DNA from: the human T2T-CHM13v2.0 reference genome, Homo sapiens
Length of the DNA: 64,000 nt
Strand: one strand, 5' to 3'
Assembly (NCBI RefSeq): GCF_009914755.1
Contig: NC_060925.1
In this document: in pieces, positions 14,620 through 59,398 of the stretch
How positions within the stretch are numbered: position 1 is the first letter of the stretch
Layout of the letters: every line of letters begins with the position of its first letter
Notes under the pieces: generated by a model
Database searches by the model: none
What the model was told of the DNA's origin: nothing
The model's input: only the letters and a program-made list of their open reading frames with translations
Translations under genes and position numbers: made by a program

Positions 14620-15520
14620 ATTTACCCCTTTTCGTCAGAAACCGTAGACGTCACCTTACGCGGGATAGGAACCCGGGTGAGCTACGTCCCCAGGGATGCC
14701 CAGCGATACACAAGTCACCGTCACCCCCTCCAGAGTAAACCGCATCGCCTGGCAAGCAGGCGCCCAGGTCGTCCCCAAGGGCCAGCGCCTGGAACCGCCA
14801 GGGTGTGATTGGTGGAGTCTTGGAGCCCGCCCCTCGTCGGGCCCAACAATGCGCCTCTGATTGGTGGAGAAACCACCTGGCCCCGCCCATCCCCAATCGT
14901 GTCCGTGCGCCGCCGGTGGCCCGGCTTAGGGGACCGCTGTGAGGTCTGGAGAGGATGCGCCATCGACCCCGGCAGTAGGCGGCCGAACCTTGGCCCCAAA
15001 TCTTCTACCCCGGGGTGGATTGCGGCCCCTAGAGGAAAGGCGTCAGGGGACCGACCGGCAGCTGTGCCGTCGCGGCACTCTGGACCACGCTGAGGGCGGG
15101 CCGGCTTCCCTGCGCCTGCGCTGACATTTTGCAGTTTGGGAAATGGCGGTGCTCGGGGACGTCGATACTGACCCAGGGCGGGAGGCAGCTGCGAGTGGAT
15201 TGTCGGGCCTTTTCAGACCGGGGTCTGAACCTCTGGGCCGGGGCGGGGCTCGGGTGCTGCCTGGCTCTGCCAACGTTCTGGGCCCTCGAGTGTGAATGAG
15301 CTCCGCCCGCCATCCGCCTTGTAGTCCTCGCGTCCGGCCACCGGCGCGGGGCTCCCACCCATCCCCACCCCACCCCACCCCACCCCACCCCGTCTGTTTC
15401 CTTTCTGGTCCAGTGGGGACAGCCCTGAGTGAGCAGCGTCGTAGGAGTAAGATACCTGGGCCCCCGGCCTCTCCTTCTTGCCCTGCCCCCGCACCCCCTC
15501 CCGCACGGGGACCCGGATAA
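14620..15520. promoter_or_regulatory. Orphan CpG island with CCAAT/GC/CRE motifs just 3' of SLC2A1
   Basis: CpG-dense; ATTGG 14808-14812 and 14860-14864; CCAAT 14893-14897; CCCCGCCC 14881-14888; GACGTCA 14647-14653. Confidence 0.75.
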
Positions 15521-15859
15521 CTCCTTTCAACAGAAGTCTTTTGGGAGCACACGATAAGGCTTCCTTTCATCTGGCCTCAGCCCTTCACCAGTTAACCGCC
15601 CTGTCCCCAGGCTCAGGCAGGGCATATTCTTCGCAACCTGCTCTTCTTTGTTGAGATGCAGATGGATGTCCTCATAGATTCTTTATACCTAATGGTAATA
15701 CATATAGGTATTTCCATTTGCTAAGTACCAGTTTTCCTTTCTCACACCCTTCTTACAACCCCTCTTCATGTCAGGGAGAAAAAAGCCTGCCTGTAGTTAC
15801 AAAAGCAAACTTCTCCCAGATTTTGTCAGCTGAGCCTCTAGAGACAAATATCTTTGGTG

Positions 15860-16080
15860 TTTTATTTCCTCCAGTATTTTCTGAGTGCCTGCTGTGCATC
15901 AAGCACTGTACTGAATAGTGCTGAGGACCCACAGGAACCAAATCGGCATCTTCTCATGAAATTCAGACTAGTGGCAGAAAACTGGACTTGTGATGAAGGA
16001 GCAGATGAAGTGCTCTGGAAATTCAGGGGTGAAGGAGGAGGATGAGCTGTCTTTAGAGATGAAGCAGTAGTATACAGAGG
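15860..16080 (-). mobile_element. L2 3' end within the SLC2A1 3' UTR
   Basis: tattttctgagtgcctgctgtgcatcaagcactgtact resembles the reverse L2 terminus. Confidence 0.6.
15861..15866 (-). terminator. Distal poly(A) signal AATAAA
   Basis: tttatt on +, ~1.65 kb after the stop codon. Confidence 0.7.
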
Positions 16081-16224
16081 AACCAGAGGGGGCAATTCCA
16101 AATGAAATGAACACAGGGCAGCTTGACAGCTCATTGGGCCCATACAAAGAACGTGGTTCATTTTGTGTGTGTGGGGAGGGGTGCAGGAGGTGGGTGGAGT
16201 TAATGGAGTAGTGGTTGTATGGTA

Positions 16225-16375
16225 CCATTGTTAAAAGCAGGTGTTTTAGCTTATTCACTGTGCGACTTCAGGCACATAACCTCTTTGAGCCTGTCCAATA
16301 AAGGTACAGTATTTACTTCACATTCAAAATAATGCATTTCAAGCCTGAGCATCACGGCTGGCACAAAACTAGTGT
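16225..16375 (+). mobile_element. Degenerate MIR within the SLC2A1 3' UTR
   Basis: ctgtgcgacttcaggcacataacctctttgagcctg...ggctggcaca resembles the MIR core and 3' end. Confidence 0.5.
16312..16317 (-). terminator. Proximal variant poly(A) signal AGTAAA
   Basis: tttact on +; would give the ~2.8-kb mRNA size known for GLUT1. Confidence 0.55.
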
Positions 16376-17508
16376 TTTTTTGAACACCAACTATCAAATA
16401 TGTGATAGAAATGCCTTGAATGTCAAGATAAAGAATGTATATATTCTCTGGGTAACAGGGATCAAACAGATTTTTGAGCAAGAGGACACTGATGAGAGGT
16501 ACGTGTAAGGGACTGGATCCTGAGTCGAAGTCTAAGCCGTTGCAGTGGTTGCAACCCCACTTACTTCTGTCTCACTCCCATCCAAACCTCCTACCCTCAA
16601 TCCACAAGCATTTCAAAACCATGTTTCTAAAAACCAGCCATTTATATCTGTTTAGGTAAGTAACAGGAGTGAGGTGGTGTATTTACAAGTTGGCTTGTCC
16701 AGATATACTATAACTTAGTGTCTGTATTTAATATTGACAACCAAAAATATATATAAATATCTTGCATCTATACACAACAGGGCAGGAGTCTCCATGTCTT
16801 CTTGAGCAGTGAGTTTGCAGGCTCCCACAGGCCCTCTTCTCATGGTAATAGTGTGGCCCTCAGTGCAAAGGAGACTAGAACCCGGCAGCCCAGACTGGCC
16901 CTTCCCCTCTCCTCCCTGCACTCCAGTGCTCCCAACTGGTCTCAGGTAAAGAAAGATTAATTTGAGTGGTTGGGTAGGAAGAGATGGGAAGGGGCAAATC
17001 CTAATGGAGCCTGACCCCTAGAGTGGGGAGATCCAGGCCAGCAGAACGGGTGGCCATAGCCACCTCCTGGGATAGAAGCTTTGTAGTTCATAGTTCGATT
17101 AGTGTGTCCTTAGGACATAGGTCCAGCCCTACAGATTAGCTGGGTGAAGAAGGCAAGTGTCTCGACAGGGCTTAGTCTCCACCCTCAGGCATGGAACCAT
17201 TCAGGGTGAAGCCTGGGATGTGGGCACAGGAGACTCAGGCTGATATAAAAATAACAAAATCAGTAATAAAAAAATTATAAAACCTGTTGCTTGTCTGAAT
17301 AGATTTGAGCAACAGTCTTGCTTTTGTTAAAATCCTGGAGCCGTTAAGTCCTGAATATTCTTCTGGACATCATTGCTGGCTGGAGAAAGGAGCCCCAGGC
17401 CCGGCTCGGCTGACATCTGTCAGGTTTGGAAGTCTCATCCAGCTGCCTGTGCTCCTGAGAGATCCTTAGGGCTGCTGGGAGCAGGCCGGGCTGGTGATCT
17501 GGGGCGAC

Positions 17509-49121
<31,613 letters not shown>

Positions 49122-49341
49122 GGCAGCGCTGCGCTGGTGGCTCTGGCTGCGCCGGGTACGCGGGTGGCGACGGGCGTGCGAGCGGCGCTCTCCCGCTCAG
49201 GCTCGTGCTCCGGTCCGGGGACTCCCACTGCGACTCTGACTCCGACCCCCGTCGTTTGGTCTCCTGCTCCCTGGCGTGCTCACTCGGGGACCCGCGACTA
49301 GCGACCGGCACGCTCGCTGTTGCTACCTCTTGCCTCTTGCC
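49122..49341 (-). other. SLC2A1: SLC2A1 5' UTR (TSS about 49338-49341)
   Basis: TSS placed ~28-30 nt downstream of the TATAAA at 49369-49364; GC-rich, no upstream ATG seen. Confidence 0.8.
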
Positions 49342-49363
49342 AGAGAGCGCGCGGACCGTAGCG

Positions 49364-49436
49364 TTTATAGGACCCCGGCCATTGGCTGGCGACGCCGGTG
49401 TGTCAGGGGTGTGTGGGCAGGACCTCGGGGCGGGGC
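49364..49436 (-). promoter_or_regulatory. SLC2A1 core promoter: TATA box, CCAAT box, GC box
   Basis: TATAAA 49369-49364; CCAAT (attgg on +) 49381-49385; GGGGCGGGGC 49427-49436; AP-1 TGACTCA nearby at 49584-49590. Confidence 0.9.
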
Positions 49437-50214
49437 CTGGGGCCCAGCCTGTCCTGGGCGGCGCTCTGCGGGGAGGGGGTGAGGGGAGTGGCCGGGGCCG
49501 GGGCCCCCCCTAACCACTGCCTCGCTCAGGCTGCCGATCGGCTCGTTCTCTCTGCGTTGGGACCGCGGAGGGCATTCGCTGTGTGACTCAGGGCAAGTGT
49601 GCGCACCTCTCTGAGCCTCCGCGGCCTTCTCTAGCAAAATGGTGGAGCCGGTACCCGGCTGTAAGGCAAGCTGGGATGCGCGGAGTAGCGGGTGGAAAGC
49701 TGGACTGGAGTTCTCACTCGGCCGCTGGGTGACTTCGGTGCACTAGGGATAGTAACAGTACCACCTCGTAGGGTTGTAGAAAGACCAAGTGAGTTAATAT
49801 TTGTAAAGTGTTTAGAACAGCGTCTACTGCATGGAAAGTAGTATTTATTTGTTAGAGAGACTCCAGGAGGTCTTGCCCAGGGATTGACTTCTCCCTTCCC
49901 TGTCTCCACCCCCCACATTCCCGTTTGTGAGCCAAGCCTTGCTTTTGCACCGGCCGGGCTCTCTTGCCTGGAAATGCATACCCATCTCAAACCTGGGCTT
50001 TAAAATCACCTCCTCTGGGACGCCTTCCTCTACTTCTCACAGTTCAGGTGAGTCTATGGTGACCTGTAAGTGTGGAAAATATGAAAGGCAGGCTAACTGA
50101 CTGACATGATAGGACATTAAGGACATGATAGACCTCGGGTTTGAACCAGCTCAACTGTATACTGGCCCGGCCGCGATCCTGGGCGAGTTCCTGGCCAGTG
50201 AGGCTGTTTTCGTT

Positions 50215-50517
50215 TTTTTCTTTAATTTTTTTTTTTCTCAGACAGAGTCTCGCTCTGTCGCCCAGGCTGGAGTGCAGCGGCACGATCTCGGCTCACTGTA
50301 ACCTCCGCCTCCCGGATTCAAGCAGTTCTCTGCCTCAGCCTCCCGAGTAGCTGGGATTACAGGCGCCCGCTATCACCCCTGGCTAATTATTTTTATTTTT
50401 AGTAGAGACGGGGTTTCACCATTTTGGCCAGGCTGGTCTTGAACTCTTGACCTCGTGATCCACCCACCTCGCCTCCCAAAGTACTGGGATTACAGGCGTG
50501 AGCCACTGAGCCCGGCC
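50215..50517 (-). mobile_element. AluS
   Basis: Reverse Alu dimer; TSD gaggctgt. Confidence 0.92.
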
Positions 50518-53259
50518 GAGGCTGTCTTCTTATGAGTAAATGGAATTCCCACACCAATCTCATTGCTATCAGGAGAGGTGCAATTTCCAGATAAGCTCAT
50601 GAAGTGTTTAGCATGGAAGTTCTCATTTACTGGTTGGTGGTATTGTTGGTTTATTTATTTAGTCTGTTAGTAAATAAATAAATGCTGGTCTCAAACTCCT
50701 GGGCTCAAGTGATCCTCCCACCTTAGCCTCCGTAGTAGCTGGGAGTGCAGGCATGTGCCACTGCACTGGTAGTGGTATTGCTATCATCTGACTTCACCTT
50801 ATTTCCTCTAGACCAGTGCCTTACTTGAGACACAGTGAAGGGAAGGACCCCCAGTCCAAAGGTCTGATCAAAGTCTTGAGGGTCCCTTTCCCGATGGAGG
50901 GAGTCATGGTGGGCTTACTGTCTGTCGGAAACCGGGAGGCTGAGCCGACCAGATGACCCCTGGAGTTCTCTGGCAATGTGTCCAGTTCTGGCTGAGGGGC
51001 ACCTTGGTTGAGTATGGAGCCCTGAAACAGAAGGCAGGTGCATTCTGGGCACCCCCCTGCCCAAGGCTTCAATTCCTGTGGTCTCTCTATGCTCAGCCTG
51101 GAAAGCTTGGGCCACCTCTCTCCTCACCCCTGGACAGACCAAGTCCTGCTGACTCCGCTGTCTACACCACCTCATCCTCCTTCCCTCCCCTGCTGTCTGC
51201 AGGGCCTCCATCTCCTCTGGTCTTTTGTCCTCCAGTCCTGCACCCTGCCACTCTCCTGCTCATCTGTCTGAAATTGTCATGGAGGGAGTAAGGGCCAAGC
51301 CTGGCCATCACGGTCCTTCTTCATGGCACCAGTTTACACGCTCAGCCTCGCCCCTCACACCAGCAACTCACATCCACACATTTGCTCAGCTTGTCTCCTC
51401 TGCCTGGGAAGCCCTCCCCGACCTCACCATGCCAAAAAGCACCATGGGTCCTTCCTCCTCCGGGAAGTGTCCCTGGTTCTCCCAAGTGGAAATCTTTCTC
51501 TCCTTTACCATTTGGTGTTTTGTAGGTTGCCACTTGTCCTCTGTCTGCCTTCCCTCAGCCTGTGAGCACCTTGAGGACAGGTTCTGCAGCTGAGGCACGT
51601 GGGTGAATGACTGAAGGAGGGAAGGAATGCACGAATGAGTGAGCAGCTAATCTACCTGTGTTGAATGTTCCTTCCCCTCCAGTCCGTCCTGCTGATACTT
51701 CCAGTCTTTCCTTAAGTACCTTTTGGGTTTTGCTACTTCCCTCCTCAAAGTCTCTCCACAGCTCCTTGTTTCTTAGCACATCCAGTCTATGCCTTTTCCC
51801 AGTTGCGGGTCTGCCTTACTCAGCCCATGGGTCACACTCACCAAACAGCCACCTTGTCCTTCTCTGGGCCAGCCCCATGCTGGCCACTTTCCCAGGGACA
51901 GAGACATGTGACCCCATTGTTAGCCTCATGGAGGCCCCAAGCTGGAGGAGGAGCAAGAGGGGAAATGAGCAGCAACAATACCAAGTCAAGCGTAGAGGGT
52001 TAAGAATCTGTACAGGTGCAGAACTTGTACCACAGGGGAAGGAGAGTGAGTAGAGAGAGCATCTGGGAAGGGGGAGGTCATGCTAAGCAGGGTTTGGAAG
52101 ACTGAATAGGAGTTCACCAGATGGATTGAGGGAAGGCCATTCTCAGCAGAGAGAAGAGCATGTGCAAAGGCAGCAGACTGCCAGAATGATTACCTAGGGA
52201 ACGTGAGAATCTCTGGGCCACTCTTAGAGATTCATGATGGAGCCCCAGATCCGGACTCTTTGAGTCCCAGCTCTGCTATTTACTTGCAAACATTCATGGG
52301 CAAACAATGCCTTCTCTTCTCTGAGCCTGAAGACCCACATCTGTAAAATAGATATAACAAACCCTTCCTGGGTAGGCCTGAGGGAAAGTGGATGTTTATA
52401 AAGGCTTAGCTATGTAAACTGTACTCATTCTTGACGTGAGAAGTTCAGTCAAATCCCCATCCCATGGTAGGGCGGTGCTTGAGGAAAAAGCACAGTGGCC
52501 AAAAAAAAGCTTTTCCTTCACCCACCCCACCCCACCTGCCCACACACAGACCCCCATTACCTTCTCTGTGTTCCTCTCTGTGAATGTTTTATGACCCCTG
52601 GAGGCTACTGGTCAGAAGCAAATTCATCAGAAGCTATTGACGCTGCATCACAGACTAGATTCTCAGGTGGACTGGTTTGTTATTTGGGTGGCTGATTCCT
52701 TGGAAGCAGAATTTAACTCCAACTAGGGAATGAGCCCTAGAGAAGGCCCCAGGAAATAGCACATGAGCAGAGAAGGTTTGGGTGCAAGGGGAAAGGGGAG
52801 CAGGAGGGGCACCTAAGTAGCCCCTGTGGCTGGGGCATGGGGGCTTAGGGAGGAGAAGAGACTGAAGAAGTGGAATCACAGAGGCTCCCAAATGCCAGGT
52901 ATAGGAGTTAGGGCTTTATGCAGTGGGTAGTGGCGAGCCATGGAGAGTTATTGAGCAGGGAAAGGACCTGAGGAAACCTCAGTGTCCCCACAAGCCTACT
53001 CTACCTGAGGCACTAAAGGGGGTGTGAGGAGGCTGTGGAACCCCAGCATTCAGCTTGAACGACCTAGTGCCCCTTCCCTAGTCTGCGCCCACACTGACAG
53101 CTTTATTCCCTGGAGGCTGCCTTTAGTCCTGGACGGAACTCGGCCTCTTCTGGGTCCGATTCTAAGCAGTTCCAGCCCCAGCTAGTCTGGAGGAAAAGAG
53201 CTCTCTGGGACTGGCTAGCAGGGAGGTGTCAGGTGCCAGGCGGATGCTGGAGCCTAGTG

Positions 53260-53450
53260 TGTGCCTCAGAGCACGCAAGTGGGTGGGGGAGGGGTGGTGG
53301 TGGTGATGGTGGTGGTGGCAGGGCCGTGCAGGGCGGGTCCTAGCAGCTCCAGAGTTAGGAGTGAGTAAGGCGGGCTGGGAAAAGACTCTGTTGCCTTTAA
53401 AGGCAAGCGTCCCTGGCAGCCAGGAGGAAAGGTTTTGCTGAGTCAGCTAC
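53260..53450. promoter_or_regulatory. Upstream enhancer-1-like cluster (~4 kb upstream of TSS)
   Basis: CArG box CCTTTAAAGG 53394-53403; MARE/AP-1 TGCTGAGTCAGC 53436-53447; HRE core GCGTG (minus) within 53271-53276; GC/GT boxes. Confidence 0.7.
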
Positions 53451-54319
53451 AATTGGTACAAGAGGGGATAGCAGGGGCTGGGACGGAAGCCCCCCTAATC
53501 CAAAGGGTGTTTTGCAATTCAAATCCTCCTGGATTGCAGGTAAACACAGTGATGGATTCCAGGAAGGTCTGATGGGCCAGGCAGGACAGTTTTGTGTGTT
53601 TAATGTTTTCATTCTGATTTGCACATCTGCTTGAACCACCTGCTTTCAGAAAGCTTTTCGGCATCCCTTCTTTATCTTCTGTATGCCCTCCGACCCTCTG
53701 CAAATGCACTTATCAGGGCTACCACCTGCTCGCTGATGCTGGGGGAATTGAAGGCACATACTCCCCTCCCTTCTCTCCTGACTACCAGGCTTTTCTGTCC
53801 AGCTGCCTCCAGGATGTCCCTCTGGATGTCCCACAGGTCCCTCACACTCACCATGCTCAAACCTGAACTCATTATCTTTGCCCATCCCTTCCTGTCCCCA
53901 CCCTAGAAATGGCTCCTCTAGCCACCAAATTGCCCTAGCCAGAGATCTGGTATCTTCCCTGACCCCTCTCTGTCTCCCTCATTCCCCATATCCAGTCAAT
54001 CCCGTGGACTTTGCCTGCCCATCCCGTGGACTCTGCCTGCCCTCTCCATGCAGACAGTCCCTCCTCCAGCATAGGCTAGGACCACTATTCATTCATCCTC
54101 CTCCCTGCCACCACACTGGTCTCTTTAAAATGCACAGCTGACCACATCACTGCTTTGTTCAAACATCTTTCCATGGCACGCAATAATGTGGCTGAATCTC
54201 ACAGACATATTGAGTGATAGCAGCTGTGCGAAAGAGTGTGATGTCATGTGTATAAAGTTTAAAAACAGGCAAAACTTATCTCCGGGGTAACAGTAGTTAC
54301 CCTTGGAAGGGAGGGTCGC

Positions 54320-54633
54320 GACTCTGGGGGCGGGTGCTGGTAATCAGGGTGAGGCAGGTGGAGACCAGATCAGCAGTACTGATGTTTTTTCCTTTTGCCT
54401 CGAGCTTTAATATGACTCAGCACAGCATGTTACTAATCCTGTTTTTATTTAAAATTTTGATATTTTGTCATCATGGATTTTTTGCATTAATTCTGGTTTT
54501 TCAAAAATACTGCATTAAAAATATTATTTATCCTGATGACAGAGTCCGCCGCCCCCCTCTACCCCCCTCCACCCCTGCTTAAATTTTACAGGGGAGGTGA
54601 GTGCCTTTCTTGTGACACCCTGTTTCTGACCGT
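54320..54633. mobile_element. MER96B-like DNA transposon inside an L1ME 3' remnant (~54170-54760)
   Basis: agggtgaggc left end; tttaaaattttgatattttgtcatcatggatt core. Confidence 0.6.
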
Positions 54634-54928
54634 GTTGGTAATGTTGTTTCCTCATCAGGGTGCTGGTTGCGGGTGTGTTTAGTTTGTGAAAATGCATTGA
54701 GGTGTGTACATTTCTGATTTTCGTACTCTTCTGAATGCATATTTTGCTTCAATTAACCAAATTGAATTTTTTTTTTTTTTTTTTTTTACTTAAAATATTT
54801 CTGTAATTCCAAGGGAGTGTCTCCATCTGCTTCTTCCAGTGTCCCCAGCACCAAAAACAGCACCTGCCTCACACTGGGTCTCCTACATTTTTGTTGAATG
54901 AAGGAATACAACATTTCAGTTAATTTAA

Positions 54929-55822
<894 letters not shown>

Positions 55823-56626
55823 AAATGGATGACTTGACTCTAGAGAAACTTGTTTTAAATCAAATGCTGCCAGATTCTCTGCCTTTAAAGAAAGCAATAA
55901 AAACAACAAAAACTCCAACTGGCACTGCCTGCTCTGATCCAGCAACAGTACAAGCAGTTTGCTTTGCCTGGCTCTTATCGCTTAGATTACAATTATTTGA
56001 GCCTTATCTTCCTCTGAGATAATGACCTCCTCTAGGGCTGGGGCTCAGGTATTCCTGTCTTGCCTCTGTCCAGCAAGTTATTTGGCACAAGAAAGAAGCT
56101 ATAAATGTTTAATAAATGAATTAATCAAAGAATGAATGAAGGAGGAGGCTGACAGTGGTATTTGGTGGGTGGACCACAGGTTTTGGAAACAGACCTGCTA
56201 GCTATGTGTCTTTGGGCATGTTACCTCACCTAAATCTCAGTTTCCCCAACTGTAAGATGGGGATAATAGCAGTACTCACCTCTAAGAATTATTGTGAATA
56301 TGAAGTAAGGAAACGTGTATCAGGTGACTATCCTACAGTAAATACTTGAAACGTGGTAACTATTATTATTTCCATTTTTTTACATTCTCAAAGCCTGATT
56401 TTCTTCAGGGTTGCAGGGGTCTTCCCCTCTCAATTTCCACGTATTGTTTTCTGGAGGTCTGTGAGGTTGGAAGAAGAGGACCTGATGATGCCTCCCCGAG
56501 GAGCTTTTCTTCCCCGTGGGGTGGGCAGAACTCTGGAACGTTCCAAAAGTCTGGCTTCATGGCCCAGCTCCACCTTGTGATTGGCGAGTTCCTTATTACC
56601 AGTGAGCCTCAGTTTTCTCTCTGTAA

Positions 56627-57376
<750 letters not shown>

Positions 57377-58347
57377 TTTGATATAACCTTGTAACTCTGC
57401 AAAACTCCTTCCCACATGTCATTCCTTGGGTCCTCCCCACACCTTATGCTGCAGGCAAGACTAGAATTATTCATGTATCCACAGTTGTGAAAACTGAGGC
57501 ACAGAGAAATTAAGCCACTTGCTTGAGATCACAGTGAAGGAGGAATTTGGAAGCAAATTGAAGGTGTAAAACCTGGGCCTCCTGACTTATAGATACCACC
57601 ATGCAGCAATTTGGATCTGAAAGAAAGCACACAGCTTATGCCCAGACAGAGCAGCCGGTGTCTAGCTGTGCCCGCTTGCCCCGCCCAGCTCCCACCTGGA
57701 TGCCACCTGGCAGTCATATGCACATTCATCACGGAGGAGCTGGCTGACTCACACATTATACTGGAGCTGACTCATGCTTTGCAAGAGGGAGAGAGAATCG
57801 GTTGAGAGCCACAGGAGCCCCTGCTTTCCACATTGAGGCTTGAAATTCATGCCTCAAATCCACCGCAGTTCATTTCTTTAAAAAGGGAAAGCAGTGTGAG
57901 CTGGCTGGAGCTGGGGATCTCTGGACTCAGAGAAGAGTGGTTTGGTTCAACTCTGGGCTCTGTTACAAGTTGGCTGGGTGACTTCGGGCAAGTCATTGTC
58001 CCTCAGTCTCTTCAGCTTTGTAACAAAGGGGTTGCAACAGATAAGCGCCAAGACTCTTCAAGCGTCTGAAAGGCTGTTCTTGCTCTGGGTTGAGAAACCT
58101 TGTCATAATAATGTTGTATGTGTTGCTAATTTACTATGTGCCAGGTAAGTGATTGGTATGGAGTTATTAATATCTCATTTAATTCTCATAACGAATTCTA
58201 GATTTACTGTTTTTTATCCTGTTTCTCAAAGGAGGAAACTGAAGCACAGTTTCAGAGTGATTTGCCCAGGGTTGAGTAGGTCAGCAAGTGGCCGAGCTAA
58301 TAATTGAACCTGGTTTGTCCCCAGACTTTGTATAAAATCTAGTCTAA

Positions 58348-58662
<315 letters not shown>

Positions 58663-59398
58663 TTAGACCTCAGTTTCCTCACTTAAAATTAAACTACATG
58701 ACATAAATTTTACCATTTTACCTATTTTAAGATTACAGTTCAGTGTCATTAAGTGCATTCACACTGTTGTGCAACCATTGCCATCATCCATCTGAACCCA
58801 CTAAATAATAATTCCCCATTCCCTGTTACCCCTAATCCCTGGCAACCTCCGTTCTACTTTCTCTGTGAATTTGACTACTCTAGGTATCTCATTTAAAGTT
58901 TCCTCATCTTTAAAACTACGATAATAAAGATCAAGTGTTATTCAATCCTTCTCCCAGTAGCGCGGTTGGCTCAGACTTGAATTTAAGTCCCAGTTCTATT
59001 CACCTACCCCTCAGGCAGGTTGCTTAACCCCTTTGCCTCCCTCATTCCCATGTCCCTAAAGTTGGGCTGGTGGACCCTGATGGGATGATCACAGGAGACA
59101 GTGGGGATGAAGGTACTTGGAAAGCCCAATGCCACTTCTAGAACTTGTTATACCATCTTCCTGGTGGGCTGGAACCCTGGCTTAGATTTATAGGTGTGAC
59201 AGCTGGGGAGGCTTTAGAATGGCACATTACAACCTGGCCAGTGCCCAACCCAACATTTGGGGCTGAGGCTGGGAGGCAGAAGCCACATCAAGGAGGGCTT
59301 TGACTGTTTGGCTATAGAGCCCTCCCCTCATGGAGCTTACATTCCAGCCTGTACACCTGGTATTGTAAAGTGGCTGGTGTAGTCTTTACTTACAGAGA

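Larger units (their letters stand above)
15840..17508 (-). other. SLC2A1: SLC2A1 3' UTR with U-rich/AU-rich elements
   Basis: Follows the stop codon; U-rich tract 17241-17284; AUUUA at 16754-16758; CCAACCACTC at 16964-16973 (recalled as a GLUT1 mRNA cis element); end estimated from the distal AATAAA. Confidence 0.8.

Noticed and set aside
14590-15570. Overlapping ORFs in the downstream CpG island
   Set aside because: Low-complexity translations, many without an ATG start; no protein recognised.
16727-16732. ATTAAA (minus strand) as the main poly(A) signal
   Set aside because: Possible minor site, but it lies in an AU-rich tract and the known mRNA extends beyond it.
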